Below are positions 1-10,689 of a stretch of 64,000 nucleotides of DNA, one piece after another. Each line of letters begins with the position of its first letter. Position 1 is the first letter of the stretch. Position numbers and translations under genes: made by a program. The DNA lies in NCBI GenBank assembly GCA_027364575.1, contig DAHXPC010000008.1, positions 33,355 through 97,354 of the forward strand, in the 5' to 3' direction. Origin of the DNA: a bacterium. GTDB taxonomy: Bacteria; Pseudomonadota; Gammaproteobacteria; UBA6186; Azoamicaceae. The notes under the pieces were generated by a model. That model worked only from the letters and a program-made list of their open reading frames with translations. It was not told the origin of the DNA and ran no database searches.

Positions 1-201
1 TTCTGCTCTTTTTTGCTCCAGTGCTAATAAAAAGCTTATTTCATGATTGTCCAGATTATCACCCGCATTTGAAGAGATACCTTCATTTTCCAAACCTATT
101 GTCAGATTTAACAAAAAGTCTGGACAACTCGCCTGTGCCGCTTGATTAAAACGGTTAAATTCTTGAATAATTTTGCTTACATTATCTGCAGTTACACGCA
201 T
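1..201 (-). CDS. hypothetical protein, N-terminal part only (ORF runs off the left edge)
   Basis: ATG at 199-201 (minus) with GGAGAT at 206-211. The open frame MRVTADNVSKIIQEFNRFNQAAQ... continues to position 1. It is absent from the ORF track because no stop is seen. No family recognised. Confidence 0.35.
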   Translation of the reverse strand, partial: MRVTADNVSKIIQEFNRFNQAAQASCPDFLLNLTIGLENEGISSNAGDNLDNHEISFLLALEQKRAE

Positions 202-391
202 GTCAATCTCCAATTGTATATATATTTATACTTAAGCCAATGACTATAGCAGATGAAAAATAATAATTCTATGAAGTGCGTATACACACAATGCTAATAA
301 TTATCAGACAAACTGCAAACTTGTAGACAGATTTTTTATGCAGAATTCTTTGAGCGAAAGTTGTAATTACACAGTGTGTTTTCTCATACGC

Positions 392-1195
392 TTAATAAAA
401 ATGCAGGATTAAATATACGCCTAACAAAAGGCGATATAAAACAAAGGGAAATAGTCCAACTTTATCTAATAATTTTAAAAAATAATGAATACAACCATAC
501 CCACTGAGCCCAGATATAATTGCACCTACCCCCAAGGCCATCCAATCAACTTTAATATCACTATTCAATACTGAAAATAATTCAAGGCTTCCTGCCAATA
601 GGATAACGGGGATCGAAAGCAAAAATGAAAACCGTGCAGATGCCGCTCGCGTTAACCCTCTCAATAACCCTGCACTTAGGGTAACCCCTGAGCGTGAAGC
701 ACCCGGAATCAGCGAAAGTGCTTGAAAAATGCCAATGATCCCAACATCTTGCCAATGCAATGTGTCCAATGATCGCTGTTGTTTTCCACGTTTTTCGCTA
801 TACCACAGTAATAATCCAAACAGAATAGTCGTCAACGCAATAACAAATGGGGAACGCAAATGTTCTTCAATAAAATGCCGCCCCATTAATCCCGTTAAAC
901 CTACCGGAATAGTGGCAAATCCGATCCCCCAGCCAATTCGTGCTGATACACTTAAAGGCTTATTGTTTGTAAAGGATTGAAAAAAATCGGCGGTCATTTT
1001 GCCCAAGTCTTGCTTAAAATAAAGAATCACTGCAAATAAAGTGCCTATATGAACCGCGATATCAAAGCCTAACCCTTGATCCTGCCATCCGAGTAATTCA
1101 GGAATCAGGATTAAATGTGCAGAGCTCGAAACCGGTAAAAATTCCGTTAATCCTTGTACCAGTGCTAATACCACCACTTGGATCCAATCTTGCAT
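392..1195 (-). CDS. uppP: undecaprenyl-diphosphate phosphatase
   Basis: 267-aa multipass membrane protein with both UppP/BacA signature motifs (GLTEFLPVSSSAHL and IPGASRSGVT). Confidence 0.95.
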   Translation of the reverse strand: MQDWIQVVVLALVQGLTEFLPVSSSAHLILIPELLGWQDQGLGFDIAVHIGTLFAVILYFKQDLGKMTADFFQSFTNNKPLSVSARIGWGIGFATIPVGLTGLMGRHFIEEHLRSPFVIALTTILFGLLLWYSEKRGKQQRSLDTLHWQDVGIIGIFQALSLIPGASRSGVTLSAGLLRGLTRAASARFSFLLSIPVILLAGSLELFSVLNSDIKVDWMALGVGAIISGLSGYGCIHYFLKLLDKVGLFPFVLYRLLLGVYLILHFY

Positions 1196-1471
1196 TTAAG
1201 GCCTCACTTCAAATTCAGTATGTTCTTCCCAGGGAACGTGTGTCACTGCTAGTTCAGTGACTAAAGCCGCCGGTGGCCCTTGCTTTAGCCAATGCTGCAT
1301 CTCCTCGACGGCTTTTTCTTCCCCACATAGTAAAGCCTCTACTTGCCCATTCTCAAGGTTTTTAACCCAACCGGTCAGCCCAAGCGCTAACGCTTTCTGA
1401 TACGTTGAACGACGAAAAAATACCCCTTGTACACGACCTGTTACAAAACAGTGTTTACAAATAACGGCCAT
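1196..1471 (-). CDS. acyP: acylphosphatase
   Basis: 91 aa with VTGRVQGVFFRRST and GWVKNLENGQVE motifs typical of acylphosphatases. Abuts the uppP start. Confidence 0.85.
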   Translation of the reverse strand: MAVICKHCFVTGRVQGVFFRRSTYQKALALGLTGWVKNLENGQVEALLCGEEKAVEEMQHWLKQGPPAALVTELAVTHVPWEEHTEFEVRP

Positions 1472-1477
1472 TTATGA

Positions 1478-2122
<645 letters not shown>

Positions 2123-2136
2123 TCCTAATGCACAAT

Positions 2137-2829
2137 TTAAAGTTCTAGGACTTGTTTTACAAAAGGTACCGTTAGGCGTCGCTGTTCCGCCAAAGAAGCC
2201 CGATCCAATTTTTCCAGAGTAAGAAACAACTCTGACATGTTCCTGGGACAGCGACTTAATAAAAAGCCCCCGACGGCGTCGGGTAAATCTAAACCGCGCT
2301 GTATAGCCCTAAGTTGTAATGCCTTGATTTTATGTTCGTCGTTCAAAGCATGCAGTTGATAGACAACGCCAGAGCTTAAGCGAGACTGTAAATCTTGCAA
2401 AATTATTTTTAAATTTTTAGGGGCAACATCTGCGGCAACTAAAAGCCTGCTTTTTTGCATTTGAATTCGATTGAAAAGGTGAAACAACCCCTCTTCCCAG
2501 CCCGGTTGCCCGGCAATATTTTGAATATCATCAATACAGACTAAAGGGATCCCTTCTGCGCCCTGTAAGATCGTCGATGACAGGGATTTTGTCTGCAGCG
2601 GAATATAAAGAGAAGCCATTCCACACTCGCTGGCAGCATGGCTTGCCGCTTGTAATAAATGCGTTCGCCCCGCACCCGCTGGCCCCCATAAATATACAAA
2701 TGGCTCTCCCACTCCTTGTGCCATCTGGGTAACGGCCAAAAGCGCTTCTGGGTTATCGGCTCCCGCGTAAAAGCTTGTCAGCGTCGCATCGTCTCGTAAT
2801 TGAATATTTAAGGGCAATTGAGCACCCAT
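2137..2829 (-). CDS. hda: DnaA regulatory inactivator Hda
   Basis: 230-aa AAA+ protein with N-terminal clamp-binding-like QLPLNI and Walker A GPAGAGRTHLLQA. Size and layout match Hda. Confidence 0.9.
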   Translation of the reverse strand: MGAQLPLNIQLRDDATLTSFYAGADNPEALLAVTQMAQGVGEPFVYLWGPAGAGRTHLLQAASHAASECGMASLYIPLQTKSLSSTILQGAEGIPLVCIDDIQNIAGQPGWEEGLFHLFNRIQMQKSRLLVAADVAPKNLKIILQDLQSRLSSGVVYQLHALNDEHKIKALQLRAIQRGLDLPDAVGGFLLSRCPRNMSELFLTLEKLDRASLAEQRRLTVPFVKQVLEL

Positions 2830-2831
2830 GG

Positions 2832-3902
2832 TTACGGTTTGTCCCCAACGGTAAAACTCAATGCGCCGTTCACTTCAAGCGTTGGATTTGCTGTTAAAAA
2901 ATGATCTTCTGTAATGGATTTGGCTATCGTTGCATTGCTTGTTTTTGTGTGCAAATCAAAAATAACTTTTTCGGGGAAAAGTTGCATGATTTCTACCTCA
3001 CTCACCGCTGGCAGTCGACGCAAATACTCTAATACTTGACTATAAAGCTCTGCATTTTCAATGCCTGAAACCGTTAAAGTGACATGATTGGTCCCCTGGG
3101 TTTCAGTCACGGTGGCCGTGGTTGCTGTTGCCATATTGCTTAAATTTTTGGCTAGACTTTCTGCCGTTAGGCTTAATAATTCGTTGGTTTCATTGGCGCT
3201 AAACTCAAACTGTATTTGCTGCTCATTTTTTAATAAGATCCAACGCACCGTGGATAAAGCGCTATCCTCTTTTAAGCAACCGACTAAAATTGCATCTGGA
3301 TGATATCGTTTTGAAGCCTGCCGTAGAGGCTCTATGCTTTGATCACAAGCATTCTGTTCAGAAATATCTTGGGTATCGGTGAGATCCAAAAGCGGAAATA
3401 CATAAGGCATGGCGCGTTTATTCAGCAATTGTTCAAATTCTGCCCCTATAGGGGTTGGGCTGTTTCCCGCCCAACTTAAGATATTATTTTTTTCAATCGC
3501 CAACCATACCAACGTTAACGGGCGTGGGTTTTCCCATATCGGTTGTTTGGCCTTGGCTAACAATTGATTAATTAAGTTCTTGTTAAAATTGACTTTTATA
3601 GAGCGCTCTGTTGCTAAACGTTGATGATAGGAAAATTGCGTTACATATTTATCGGGGTTGCTTAGGGCATCGATTATTGGCCCAGACTCTAGGATTGTAT
3701 GAGTACCACCCACCCGGATCAGTATATTTTTAAAGGCTTCAGTCATTAACTTAGGCTGATCTGAGGCGCCCCCCTCTGCCGCAATGCTAAGCTCTATTTC
3801 ATATAAGGGCTTTGTTTCATAAGCGCTTGCCGTACCCATACAATTCATGAGTAGTCCAATCAATAACAGTTGAACTTTTAACCCGTGATGCCTGTGCCGC
3901 AT
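2832..3902 (-). CDS. DUF2066-like secreted protein
   Basis: Signal peptide, then PLYEIELSI...ILIRVGG resembling the DUF2066 N-terminus. Position next to hda is typical in Gammaproteobacteria. Confidence 0.55.
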   Translation of the reverse strand: MRHRHHGLKVQLLLIGLLMNCMGTASAYETKPLYEIELSIAAEGGASDQPKLMTEAFKNILIRVGGTHTILESGPIIDALSNPDKYVTQFSYHQRLATERSIKVNFNKNLINQLLAKAKQPIWENPRPLTLVWLAIEKNNILSWAGNSPTPIGAEFEQLLNKRAMPYVFPLLDLTDTQDISEQNACDQSIEPLRQASKRYHPDAILVGCLKEDSALSTVRWILLKNEQQIQFEFSANETNELLSLTAESLAKNLSNMATATTATVTETQGTNHVTLTVSGIENAELYSQVLEYLRRLPAVSEVEIMQLFPEKVIFDLHTKTSNATIAKSITEDHFLTANPTLEVNGALSFTVGDKP

Positions 3903-4044
3903 TGCCCCTCTCCCTCTTTACTATGGTTCTTATGATTAAAACCTAAAAGTTTACCCAGTATAACGCGTTCTTAATGGGGATCTCTAGCGGCTAAGTTGCA
4001 CACCAATACTATTCGCCTAGCTTATTTAAAGGTGCTGGGTGTTT

Positions 4045-4698
4045 TTACAAAGAAAAAATGTTGATGATTAACTGCCGCGCCGAAGTAAACGCTGGCCCAA
4101 TCAATTTGGTCAGCAAATTAAAATACATGAATACAGCTAAAATGCCAAAACCATAAGGTTCGATTTCCGCATAGGCTTTTTGCAACCTAGAAGGAAGAAA
4201 AAGTGCCAATACCCGGCTGCCGTCCAATGGTGGAATGGGAATTAAATTGACGAGCATTAGCATTAAATTAATATGGATGCCAGCAATCCCTGCATGTACT
4301 AAAAATAATGCTGTAGAGACGCCTTGTAAAAAAAGAAGATCCCCAAGCTTGGCAATGGCTGCCCAGCCTAGCGCCATGCCTAAATTAGAAAAAGGCCCCG
4401 CAATGGCCACCCACGCGAGATCACGCTTGGGATTTTTAAAATTCAGGGCATTAACCGGGACAGGCTTTGCCCAGCCAAACACAAAACCACCCATGGCAAA
4501 GCTTAAACAAGGCACAATAACAGTGCCCAGCATATCCATATGTTTCAATGGATTCAATGTAAGCCTGCTTAACCTTTTCGCTGTGTTATCCCCCAATTGA
4601 TGGGCAACCCACCCGTGTGCTGCTTCATGCGCGGTGATGGCAAATAATACGGGTAATATCCAAACGGAAATTTCTGCTATCCAACTTAACTTATTCAT
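4045..4698 (-). CDS. site-2 protease family (M50) zinc metalloprotease
   Basis: HEAAHGWVAH zinc motif in the first TM helix; multipass membrane protein. Start moved to the ATG at 4698 (MNKLSW...) because the track extension overlaps the endonuclease I gene. Confidence 0.8.
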   Translation of the reverse strand: MNKLSWIAEISVWILPVLFAITAHEAAHGWVAHQLGDNTAKRLSRLTLNPLKHMDMLGTVIVPCLSFAMGGFVFGWAKPVPVNALNFKNPKRDLAWVAIAGPFSNLGMALGWAAIAKLGDLLFLQGVSTALFLVHAGIAGIHINLMLMLVNLIPIPPLDGSRVLALFLPSRLQKAYAEIEPYGFGILAVFMYFNLLTKLIGPAFTSARQLIINIFSL

Positions 4699-5452
4699 GT
4701 ACTTTTTTCCAATATTGAAAGATATAAGGATTATGATTGCCTTGAAAATACTGTATTCGCTTGTTCCTCTCAATTTCCCAACTATCCGGTGGATGTTTTC
4801 TATTCCAAGCCTTATACAATTGCATTTGGCTTTTGCTAAGCGAGATCCCATATTGCTGTGACATATACAAATAGGCTCTGGCAATGGCTCCTCTTACCCG
4901 CAAGCAGGGCTCGACACGTTGCATTTCCTGATCAATTTTAATTTCGCAAGCACCAAACTTTCCTTGCGCAATAAAAGGCAAAAGCCCAAATTGATAATTA
5001 GCGCGAAGACTATTTAATTCACCAATTTCTGGCACCAAATTGTGCAGATCGGCTTCCATTTTTGAAAAATGACAATCTTGCTTGCGACAACAAGCGCGGC
5101 CTTTATAACACTTCTTTTTTTGACAACAAAGCGCATAATTCCAACACGGCAACGATTTTCCCCATAAACTCACGGGAACGATATGCTCCCACTCAAGTCT
5201 ATGTGCCCGGCGTTTATTGTGTTGTATTTTATAGCCACAGGACTCAAGCTTGATTTTATGGTGTTTATCATATGAACAGCCACAATAAAAAGTCGTTCGG
5301 TGATCGCGATAAATATATCTGGCAATCATTTTGGCGGCATGGAAATTGGCAGGGACTTCTGCATTGGCAGAAAGAACAGGTAACCAGGCGAGGATCACGC
5401 CTCTTAAAAACCTACTCAAAATATGCCAGTGCATATCTTTCTCCAGCGTCAT
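4691..5452 (-). CDS. endA: periplasmic endonuclease I
   Basis: Signal peptide, Cys-rich pattern and LEWEHIVP catalytic motif of the EndA/Vvn family. Confidence 0.85.
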   Translation of the reverse strand: MTLEKDMHWHILSRFLRGVILAWLPVLSANAEVPANFHAAKMIARYIYRDHRTTFYCGCSYDKHHKIKLESCGYKIQHNKRRAHRLEWEHIVPVSLWGKSLPCWNYALCCQKKKCYKGRACCRKQDCHFSKMEADLHNLVPEIGELNSLRANYQFGLLPFIAQGKFGACEIKIDQEMQRVEPCLRVRGAIARAYLYMSQQYGISLSKSQMQLYKAWNRKHPPDSWEIERNKRIQYFQGNHNPYIFQYWKKVHE

Positions 5453-5482
5453 TCAACAAGCACGCTCGAATGGATGAATGGA

Positions 5483-5845
5483 TTATTCAAAGGCAAGCGT
5501 ATTTTCGGCTTTCAGATCTGACACAGCATTGGCGGCTACCAACAAAGTCTTTAACTCACCCTTGCCATGTAATTCAGACAGAATATCGCATCCCCCAATT
5601 AACTCTCCATTGATATAAAACTGAGGAAAAGTTGGCCATTTAGCATACATGGGGAGCGTGGCACGAATATCGGGATTTTCTAGAATATTCACATACGCAT
5701 ATTTCGCTTTAAGGTCTTCTAAAATTTTCACGACATGGCCTGAAAATCCACACATGGGAAAAGTGGGACTCCCTTTTAAATACAATAAAACTGGGTTTTT
5801 TGCAATTTGCGCCTTAATTCTTTCTAATGTAACGGTAGAATTCAT
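5483..5845 (-). CDS. grxD: monothiol glutaredoxin (Grx4 family)
   Basis: CGFS active site (PMCGFSG). The ATG at 5845 has GAGGGA 5 nt upstream; the track start at 5863 is a TTG. Confidence 0.9.
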   Translation of the reverse strand: MNSTVTLERIKAQIAKNPVLLYLKGSPTFPMCGFSGHVVKILEDLKAKYAYVNILENPDIRATLPMYAKWPTFPQFYINGELIGGCDILSELHGKGELKTLLVAANAVSDLKAENTLAFE

Positions 5846-6010
5846 GATATCCCTCGACTGCAACGGCTGATTAGTTTTGTCGTTTTAGAATTCTACAAGG
5901 ATCCGCATTAAAAAGGAATCTAATAAAAAACCTGCAGGATCTTTGCTTTCAAAGTCTGCCACTGATACACTTTTTAGCAACAGCACATTCACCCACATAG
6001 GAGACAGGCT

Positions 6011-6589
6011 ATGGCCATCGAATTACCTCCCCTACCATATGCACTCAATGCCTTAGAGCCCCATATTTCACGTGAGACCCTAGAATATCATTATGGTAAA
6101 CACCATCAAACGTATGTAACAAATCTAAATAACTTACTTCCAGGCAGCGGCCTCGAAGGATTGTCCTTAGAAGAAATTGTTCAAAAGTCTTCCGGCGCTA
6201 TTTTTAATAATGCGGCCCAGGTCTGGAATCATACCTTTTATTGGCATTGTTTAAGCCCTAATGGCGGCAATGAACCCGAGGGCGAGATTGCCCGTGCTAT
6301 TGTCGCAAGCTTTGGTTCATTTGCAGCCTTTCAAGAACAATTTAGCAAAGCCGCCATTACCACTTTTGGATCTGGATGGGCATGGCTTATCAAAACCGCC
6401 GAGGGTAAATTGGAAATTATCAGTACCAGCAATGCCCAAACGCCGCTTAACCAAAATAAAAAAGCTCTATTAACCTGTGATGTCTGGGAACATGCTTACT
6501 ATATTGATTACCGAAATGCCAGAGCTAAATATGTAGAAATGTTCTGGAAGCTTGTTAATTGGGAATTTGTCGCTCAGAATTTTCGCTAA
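6011..6589 (+). CDS. sodB: Fe superoxide dismutase
   Basis: [12 protein letters not shown] and [11 protein letters not shown] motifs, 192 aa, AGGAGA RBS. Confidence 0.95.
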   Translation: MAIELPPLPYALNALEPHISRETLEYHYGKHHQTYVTNLNNLLPGSGLEGLSLEEIVQKSSGAIFNNAAQVWNHTFYWHCLSPNGGNEPEGEIARAIVASFGSFAAFQEQFSKAAITTFGSGWAWLIKTAEGKLEIISTSNAQTPLNQNKKALLTCDVWEHAYYIDYRNARAKYVEMFWKLVNWEFVAQNFR

Positions 6590-6628
6590 TTTTTTTGCCG
6601 CCCTGATGGTGTAAATGAGAGATTTTTC

Positions 6629-7804
6629 ATGGATCATTTAATGAATGTATATAAGCGTGTCCCTGTCTCTTTCGAACGGGGCGAAGGTGTTTGGCTAATG
6701 GATCCGGCCGGAGATCGTTATTTAGATGCATTAAGTGGAGTCGCGGTTTGTAACCTTGGCCATGCCCATCCTGCAGTTACCGAAGCGATACAGCAACAAG
6801 CCGCAAAGCTAATCCATACCTCCAACCTATATCACATTACCAATCAGGAATTGCTGGCAGAAAGACTTTGCCGTCTTACGGGTTTAGCAAAAGCCTTTTT
6901 TTGCAATTCGGGAATGGAAGCCGTAGAAACGGCATTAAAACTCATACGTTTGTATGGCCACCAAAAGGGGATCGAACTGCCTCAAGTTGTGGTGATGCAA
7001 GGCGCCTTCCATGGCAGAAGTTTTGCAACCATAGCCGCAGGGGGGAGTGCAAAAGCGCAAGGCGGGTTCCAACCTTTAATGCCAGGATTTATTCGAATTC
7101 CTTATAACGATATTCCGGCTTTAAAAAATATTGCCCAAACTCATTCCAATATTGCTGCTGTATTAGTAGAACCCGTGCAAGGGGAAAGCGGTATCCAAGT
7201 GCCCGATCAGAACTATTTAAATGAAATACGCACGATTTGTCATCAGCAAGAATGGCTAATGGCCATTGATGAAGTTCAAACAGGCCTAGGGCGGACTGGA
7301 ACCTTATATGCCTATCAAGCAAATGCAATACTGCCGGATATTTTAATGACGGCAAAAGCACTCGCGAATGGCGTACCCATTGGGGCTTGCCTTGCTACAG
7401 AAGCAGTGGCTAGCCTTTTTACCGCGGGATCGCATGGTTCTACTTTTGGTGGAAATCCACTGGCAACAGCCGCAGCCTTAGCGACGCTGCAAGCCATTGA
7501 ACAAGATAAACTTTGGGAAAATGCGGCAAAGCAAGGTGCTGCTTTATTAACTGGCTTACAAGCAAGACTAAAAGATCATCCGCATATAAAAGCAATCCGA
7601 GGCAAAGGCCTAATGATCGGCATTGAATTGGATAGACACTGCCGCGATATTATATTGACTGGTCTAAAAAGGCGCTTATTGTTTACCGTAAGCCATGAAA
7701 CCGTTATTCGGTTACTGCCGCCCCTGATTATCCAAGCAGAGCACGTTCAACAGATAATCGATACCCTTTCCCTTATCATAGATGAGTTTACGGTTCACCC
7801 TTAA
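6629..7804 (+). CDS. argD: acetylornithine/succinyldiaminopimelate-type class III aminotransferase
   Basis: Class III PLP aminotransferase pattern with DEVQTGLGRTG and TAKALANG (PLP lysine). Confidence 0.8.
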   Translation: MDHLMNVYKRVPVSFERGEGVWLMDPAGDRYLDALSGVAVCNLGHAHPAVTEAIQQQAAKLIHTSNLYHITNQELLAERLCRLTGLAKAFFCNSGMEAVETALKLIRLYGHQKGIELPQVVVMQGAFHGRSFATIAAGGSAKAQGGFQPLMPGFIRIPYNDIPALKNIAQTHSNIAAVLVEPVQGESGIQVPDQNYLNEIRTICHQQEWLMAIDEVQTGLGRTGTLYAYQANAILPDILMTAKALANGVPIGACLATEAVASLFTAGSHGSTFGGNPLATAAALATLQAIEQDKLWENAAKQGAALLTGLQARLKDHPHIKAIRGKGLMIGIELDRHCRDIILTGLKRRLLFTVSHETVIRLLPPLIIQAEHVQQIIDTLSLIIDEFTVHP

Positions 7805-7875
7805 AATCTTATTTTCTTTAAAGACTTGCTTAATTTTCCAGTACAGCGTGGAAATATTTTTAAGCTAAAATAAAT

Positions 7876-8649
7876 ATGTGTGCTTTTAGGAATTGGTTTT
7901 TATTTGTGTGTTTGGGTGTATTATGCGCAAACATAATCATCAAAGGAGCGCAAGGTTTGAACAAAGGACCTGACCGTCCCATCAATCCATTTAATGCGAT
8001 GCATAAGGAGCGCCTCGAAGAACGACTGCTCATGGTAGAAACCCAAATACGCGCCAGAGGGATCACGGATGTTCCTTTATTAGATAGCCTACGCTCAGTA
8101 CCGCGCCATTTATTTGTATCGGATTCCCAACAAGAATCCGCCTATACCGATTTTCCTTTACCGATTGGCTTTAACCAAACCATTAGCCAGCCCTATATCG
8201 TTGCATTAATGGCAAAAGAAGCTGAGCTTAAAAAAACCGATGTTATCTTGGAAATTGGATCAGGTTGTGGATACGCCTCGGCTGTATTTTCTAATTTGGT
8301 CAAAAAAGTATATGCGCTCGAAATTATCCCTGAATTAGCGCAGGCAGCAAAAAAAAGACTTCTGGATCTCAGGTATACGAATATTGAGGTTATTAACACA
8401 GATGGCAGTATAGGGGTTCCAGAATATGCCCCTTTTGATGCCATTATCGTCAGCGCTGGTGCGCCAGTCGTTCCTGCAAACCTTAAAAAACAACTGGCCC
8501 TTCATGGGCGCCTCATTATTCCCGTGGGTAAAGGATCTTTTCAAGAATTAATTAAAATTATCCGTTTAGATAAAGACCATTTCCAAGAAAAATCGTTAGG
8601 GGGGGTGCGTTTTGTTCCTCTCAAAGGGAAAGAAGGTTGGCATGAATAA
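7876..8649 (+). CDS. pcm: protein-L-isoaspartate O-methyltransferase with hydrophobic N-terminal extension
   Basis: TISQPYIVA and SAM-binding VILEIGSGCGY motifs. The first ~40 aa (WFLFVCLGVLCANIII) look like a signal peptide or anchor; the start is uncertain (alternative ATG at 7999). Confidence 0.88.
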   Translation: MCAFRNWFLFVCLGVLCANIIIKGAQGLNKGPDRPINPFNAMHKERLEERLLMVETQIRARGITDVPLLDSLRSVPRHLFVSDSQQESAYTDFPLPIGFNQTISQPYIVALMAKEAELKKTDVILEIGSGCGYASAVFSNLVKKVYALEIIPELAQAAKKRLLDLRYTNIEVINTDGSIGVPEYAPFDAIIVSAGAPVVPANLKKQLALHGRLIIPVGKGSFQELIKIIRLDKDHFQEKSLGGVRFVPLKGKEGWHE

Positions 8650-8659
8650 AGGTAAATTA

Positions 8660-8935
8660 AAAAAATCAAAAATAATTTTTGTGATAGCTTAGTGCATATT
8701 TTTGTTGAAAATTTCATCTAACGGTATCACCCAAAATTTACAGTTCAATATTTAATCTGTTTTTAAAATAAATATCAAGCTGAGATACTACTAGTGCCTA
8801 ATTCTGCATCGGCTTTTCATTTTTCAGCAATACGGAGGTCGCGTATAAATTCTTTTTGGTGTTTAGATCCAACATATTTAATCGAATGGCGAGTTTGATG
8901 CACAATACACAAAATTATTATCTCAGTCTAAGAAA
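8660..8935 (-). mobile_element. IS256-family transposase remnant (C-terminal part, decayed)
   Basis: The minus-strand translation contains LCIVHQTRHSIKYVGSKHQKEFIRDL, which matches the IS256-family Q.CivHqiRNslkyv...kef..dLk block. Stops follow quickly. Confidence 0.5.
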
Positions 8936-8961
8936 AAAATGTCGCCGTCTCGAAATTATTT

Positions 8962-10163
8962 TTAATAAAAATTACAAAAAAGCAATATAAAATAAGGGTT
9001 TTTGATAATTTCTTTGCACGTCATTGCAAACTCACCCCTTAACTTATGCGCACATGCATACCTCTTGGGTCTATGCCTCATAAAATAGCCAACTATCTTG
9101 CTTATCATCTTTGGTATTTTCCCTTGCAATGAACTGCGGTGTTTCGTTGCCAAGCAAATATTCATGCTCCATAACCATGGGTGAAAGTGATTGGGCATCG
9201 GGTATAGGCAGCGATGTGGATTGGCCGACATAAACAAATTTTTCCTCTATCCTACCTGGCTGATAGGCTCTGCCAAACTCTAATTTTTTATTGTGCTTGT
9301 TTTTATTAAAGGCATGCACATCATAGGCTTGTAAAGAATAAATACTGTCGTGTATTTTCCTTCAAATAAACGTTGATGCAACTTATCCAGCAAGCGATAT
9401 CCCCACCATTACAACTGCCCCAATGTTCGCCTTAGATGCATAAGCTTAGGCTTTTGCAAAGGCTTAACTAATAAGCGAGCATCTTCCCTCTACGCTTTAA
9501 ATTAAAATAATAAAACACTACTGCTTTTATTTTTTTCAAGTTAATTTGATAGGCATCAATGCTATTTCTTGAAAGTTTACCCAAGGGTTTTACCAAGCGT
9601 TTAGCAATGACTGCAATTTTAACTAAAAAATTGGCAACTGCAGAATATGAGATATTGGCTTCTTGTACCGTCGAGTCAATGTCTAACTTCGCAGAGTTGG
9701 CGTATTTTAGTTTTACTGCAAGAACGGCTATTAAATTGGCAATCTTGCGTTGGGTTTCGGGTTTTAGGCGAGAACGAAACTCTTCTATTTTAATATGGTC
9801 TGGCACGTGCCAATTTTTAATAATGCTACAACCACAAAAAAGTCTAAAGGCAGCGTTATCCCTCAATGTATTCTCAGCTTCTCTATCGGTAAGGTTAAAG
9901 AATTTTTGCAATAAATAAATGCCTAGGTGAGCTCGTACTTTTAAAGGGCGTCCTACCCACCATCTTAATCGTTGGGTCTATTTTAAATCTGGAAGAATTA
10001 AGGTTAACAGAGTATCCCAAGGAAGTGCATTACTTAGTTTAATTAAAGGGTGGTTGTTTGCAATGGCTAAAGAAATAGTGCTACCTTCCAGCCATGCATC
10101 AAAGCCTTCAATATTTAAGCTCATGGCATAACCCCTAAAAAAAGCTTTATACAAGCTTATCAT
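8962..10163 (-). pseudogene. IS5-like (DUF772 N-terminal domain) transposase pseudogene
   Basis: HPLIKLSNALPWDTL, then an in-frame TAG at 9978-9980, then GRPLKVRAHLGIYLLQKFFNLTDREAENTLRDNAAFRLFCG (DUF772 pattern). The later part (KLEFGRAYQ...) sits in other frames (ORFs 9071..9319 and 8962..9237), so there are several frameshifts. Confidence 0.6.
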
Positions 10164-10179
10164 AGGGGTAGGGGTAGGG

Positions 10180-10662
10180 GTGGCCCCCGCCTCTGAAGTA
10201 ATACAATATATTATTCCGTTTCTTAATCACAATAATGAAGTTATAGATTTGGATGTTCTCAATAACCAAATTGGTGATGCGGGTGCTGCAGCCCTTGCAG
10301 ACAATCAAACCTTAACCATTTTGGATGTTGGCAATAACCCAATTGGAGAGATGGGCAGAAGTGCACTAAATCAATCTATTCAAGCCAGGCATGAAAATTT
10401 TAAGAAAGAAAAATTAGCTTTTCTTTCTGTTATGACTTTAACAAACACACAACACCTTGAACCAAACAAGAAAGTTCCTAATGAAGGAGCTCTAAACGAC
10501 GCGAAACAACAAGACATTGAGAAGCCAAAGCATGAGCAGGCTCTGCTTTTTAAATATTGTAATGGTTTTAATAGAAACGGCCAATTAATACGATTAAATG
10601 AAGAAGTGTTAGGCCACATATTTGAATACAATAAACCAAACCCCTTAAAAATAGTGGTTTAA
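10180..10662 (+). pseudogene. RNI-type leucine-rich-repeat protein, 3-prime fragment
   Basis: LDVLNNQIGDAGAAALADNQTLTILDVGNNPIGEMGRSAL matches the ribonuclease-inhibitor-type LRR consensus. The ORF opens with GTG directly at the end of the IS5-like element, so it is probably 5-prime truncated. Confidence 0.5.
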
Positions 10663-10689
10663 AAAATAGATTCTGGATTTAATAATCAT

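Noticed and set aside
4699-4884. N-terminal extensions of track ORFs: the M50 protease to 4884, lpxC to 19154, lspA to 57938, murC to 28757 and the 298-aa protein to 26331.
   Set aside because: The extensions overlap the upstream gene or start at TTG/GTG without an RBS. Conserved family N-termini and Shine-Dalgarno sequences support the internal starts given in the feature list.
10165-10183. GGGGTAGGGGTAGGGGTGG run at the junction of the IS5-like element and the LRR fragment; considered as a G-quadruplex or telomere-like repeat.
   Set aside because: Only three full G4 tracts are present, and it sits exactly where the IS terminus is expected. It is most simply part of the IS end or junction.
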